Assembly (NCBI GenBank): GCA_040285855.1
Contig: JAUFOQ010000005.1
Location: 1,798,001-1,862,000, forward strand
DNA from: Eukaryota sp. GEM-RC1
Taxonomy: Eukaryota
Direction: 5' to 3'
DNA length: 64,000 nt
In this document: positions 62,568-64,000 of the stretch, piece after piece
Layout: each line of letters opens with the position of its first letter
Numbering within the stretch: position 1 is the stretch's first letter
Notes under the pieces: model-generated
Seen by the model: only the letters and a program-made list of their open reading frames with translations
Told to the model about the DNA's origin: nothing
Databases searched by the model: none
Position numbers and translations under genes: made by a program

Positions 62568-64000
62568 TGATGCTTGAATAAGAGAATACCTACTATGATT
62601 TATGTAGGAAGGAAAAGACTAAAGTAAAAAGTACAATTCTACGATAAGCTACTATCATTGCTCTTTTCTCTTTCAAGGTCTCTCATGACCTTTGAAAAGG
62701 GTAGCTATCGAGAATTGAAAGTAAGACTAATTATTTGAGAGAAGCCTTATACTTGGCGTAAGCAGAAGTCTTCTGCATGGTTGAGAAGGGTTCCCAGAAA
62801 GTGGAGCCATCAATCCATTCTACTTGGACATAAGAACCATCCAAGTCAAGGATACGCTTGAGTACCGTCTCTTCGGCATCAAGGGCAGCTACAGCTTTCA
62901 AATACTCCCTGTTAGAGGAACTAGAATGAAAATGCTTTTAAAGACGAGAAGAACAGGAGGTGGTGGTACCTGATATAAGATTCAGGATCTCAACCTTAGT
63001 TGAGTTTGGGAAGGTTTTAACGACTTCAAAGGGCCTCGCCAACGTCCATGTAGACGTCGAGGTTTCTCCACAATTCGGAGAACAAGATCACCTTCCTTGA
63101 ACTCTGGAAGATCATGTACACCAGAAGTAAGCGAATTGATGTAGGCTTGTTGATTCTTCTCTGATTCTTCCCACTTAGCCAGCAGGCTATGGGTCTTGGC
63201 AGCAAGCTCATCGATGAGAGGTAACGTGGTAGTGGAGGCTTTGTGAGCTTTAAGGGATTCGAGCAAGGTTAAGGGTGGCTTTCTTGGGTCAATATCGGTG
63301 CCAAACATTAATTGCCAAGGAGCAAACTTCGTAATTGAGTGATGTTGGCTATTTACTAAGAGCTGAACTAAAGGAATTTGAGCGGACCAATTGTTGTGGT
63401 TGTTAGTGTCGAAAAGATTGCGAATCAAATGCTTGTTGATCTCACGGTTTCGTCTTTCAACAAGACCGTTTGATTCATGCAGATATGGAATACTGAAGGA
63501 CGTGGTAACATTCAAGAATGCACACAGTTCCTGAAAGACTTTGTTTGCGAATTCTGGCCCGTTATCAGAATGAACAGCAGCAGGGATTCCATAGTGGCAC
63601 ATAACATCTTGGATAAAAGCAAAGGCGCATTTCCTGGCTGTAGCTTTGGGCACAGCACTCAAGATCGTGTAACGCGTAAAGGCGTCTACAAATAAAACGA
63701 CTCTACTATTGCCTAGAGAGTCAGTTGGCATAACCAGAGTATCCATATGAAGGCATGCGAATGGTTTGTGAAAATACAAAGAGCCATTGTGAGGAGCAGT
63801 TTTCTGACAACTGTGTCAGCATTTAACGTGGTTCTTAAGATCATCTAGCATGTTCGGCCAGTAGTAATCTGACTTAGACAGGGCTTTCGAGCAATTGGAG
63901 AAAGTTTCGTGACCGACGCGGTCGTAACCATGGCAGTTGAGCAGTATTTCAGATCGAAGGGAAGCAGGGATAAGGAGTTTTCCATGTTTGTTAGTAAATA
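62568..64000 (-). mobile_element. 3' part of another Gypsy element: integrase, chromodomain, PPT and 90-bp 3' LTR (62568-62657)
   Basis: LHMDT, HSDNGPEF, NGLVER; ETVLKRILDLDGSYVQVEWIDGSTFWEP; purine tract gaaagagaaaagag followed by TGATAG...AAGCATCA. Confidence 0.88.

Overview
AT-rich, intron-poor eukaryotic (protist-like) genomic DNA; it is not prokaryotic, as shown by a GT-AG intron, DHHC and RapGAP genes, and Ty3/Gypsy, hAT and non-LTR elements. About half the window is an expanding family of eight ribonuclease-inhibitor/NLRC3-like LRR genes (28-aa repeats, 5-22 per gene), several within a ~5 kb tandem segmental duplication. Housekeeping genes are RapGAP, a Frag1/DRAM-like membrane protein, a coiled-coil protein, a DHHC palmitoyltransferase with a 31-nt intron, and DPE2 4-alpha-glucanotransferase. 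Most carry single-base frameshifts in homopolymers, suggesting assembly indel errors. Two things stand out. (1) A Fanzor (eukaryotic TnpB-like RNA-guided nuclease) gene at 28093-30014 (-) is followed by a ~290-nt multi-hairpin omegaRNA-like scaffold whose predicted guide is the 5' leader of an LRR gene. (2) Ty3/Gypsy elements, chromodomain-bearing where the integrase is present, have very short (78-98 bp) LTRs; in four diverged 5' LTRs a 12-bp palindrome straddles the LTR end where a tRNA primer-binding site is expected. All assignments come from motif recognition by eye; no database searches were run.
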